A DNA stretch of 62,579 nt, the filler included, from Rhabdomonas costata (lineage: Eukaryota): assembly GCA_019059605.1 (NCBI GenBank). It is 27 parts of 27 records of this genome, joined end to end, with 100 filler letters (N's around TTAATTAATTAA, not from the genome) between each part and the next. Parts side by side here need not be neighbours in the genome. Positions count along the whole stretch, not along the records: positions 60,361 to 62,579 come from JAHMHO010004761.1; 26 more parts are not named here. One strand, written 5' to 3'. The translations under genes were made by a program, and so were the position numbers. The notes beneath the pieces were generated by a model, which saw only the letters and a program-made list of their open reading frames with translations, was not told the origin of the DNA and did no database searches. Positions 61,750 through 62,579 of this stretch are shown here, piece after piece (the stretch's first letter is position 1; the number at the start of each line of letters is the position of its first letter).

Positions 61750-62579
61750 CTGCAAAATGTGAGTAGGTAGAAGGACGGACGAGACCAAAAGGCCCAAAGC
61801 TGCTGAGGTTCGGTTCACTTCTTGAGGTGAGCGCTGGCTTTGTCTGTCAAACTCGAACACAGGCGGTGACTATTTTAACGTGGACGAGATGGAAGAAATG
61901 GGTATCATCGGCGGGAGCGATCCGTACAGCTCAACTATCAGGTTTCACACACACACACACACACACAAGCACAAACATATTCCCCGCCCCATGCCAAAAA
62001 TGAAGAGGACGGGGTGCGCCCCTTCAACCACGACCCCTGAGGGCGTGGGCAGCTGAGTCCCAAAGTTCTCAAAGTTCCCAAAGTCGAATCGTGCCCCAAA
62101 ACCGTGCACTCAGCGGCCGGCCTCGGTCAAGGTCAAGCCCTTTCCCTCTCCTCCCTTTTCCTTTGTTGTACTGAAGAATCACCATACTTCAGTAAATAAG
62201 AAAAGTGGCAGTGGCAAAAAAAAAATAGGGAAACACCACTGACCAAAATTCGGATTCGCAAAAACGAAAACCCGCACTGCGGCGGTTCTCCTCAGCAATG
62301 TGTATCTGGATGTTTTCCCTCAATGATGAAATCGCTATGGAACCTTGCTGAGCATGCACACAGCAGCCTCATTTACGCTAACATCTGTAGCATTTGCTCA
62401 TTTCTTCTTCGCCTCAAACACTATCAGAATCTCAAAAGTCTTCAATACAAGAGCGGAGCTGCTCACTTGTAGCCTACAACCACTGAAAACACGAACGCCG
62501 ATGCACAAAAACCCAAATACATACCCGCGCCTTCCCGGGAAGGCCTTGTGAAGGACCTGAGAAAAAGCAACCCCCCCAC

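Noticed and set aside
1-62579. Apparent clustering of flagellar genes (IFT172, PFR2, MIP-like) or any operon-like system
   Set aside because: The contigs are unlinked and appear grouped by length, so adjacency carries no biological meaning.

Overview
This window is not one locus. It is 27 unrelated contigs of about 2.22 kb each, joined by artificial 100-nt spacers (N44-TTAATTAATTAA-N44). The DNA comes from an intron-rich euglenozoan protist (euglenid or diplonemid grade, not a kinetoplastid). The evidence is a paraflagellar-rod PFR2 3' end, a trypanosome-type receptor adenylate cyclase and a GH81 beta-1,3-glucanase, all split by many spliceosomal introns. Most ORF-track entries are spurious, so genes were rebuilt exon by exon by hand with phase checks. 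Partial genes recovered: IFT172, GH81, PFR2, RPC1, NTMT1, VPS4, malic enzyme, a beta-hydroxyacid dehydrogenase, a receptor adenylate cyclase, EF-hand proteins, a WWE protein, a COMT-like protein, a TPR-immunophilin tail, an LRRNT-LRR surface protein, an intronless F-box/LRR protein and a decayed Ty3/Gypsy gag. The most interesting signal is the splicing code. Of 31 introns delimited at both ends, 1 is GA-AG and 4 are GC-AG. 28 have G at exon position -1 with degenerate intronic +3..+6, and the 3 lacking that G all start GTATGT. 4 use AAG acceptors. Contig-end G/T tails, terminal fold-backs and a 127-bp duplicate point to whole-genome-amplified single-cell material. No rRNA, tRNA, SL RNA or CRISPR was recognised. 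All family calls are from motif recall; no database search was run.
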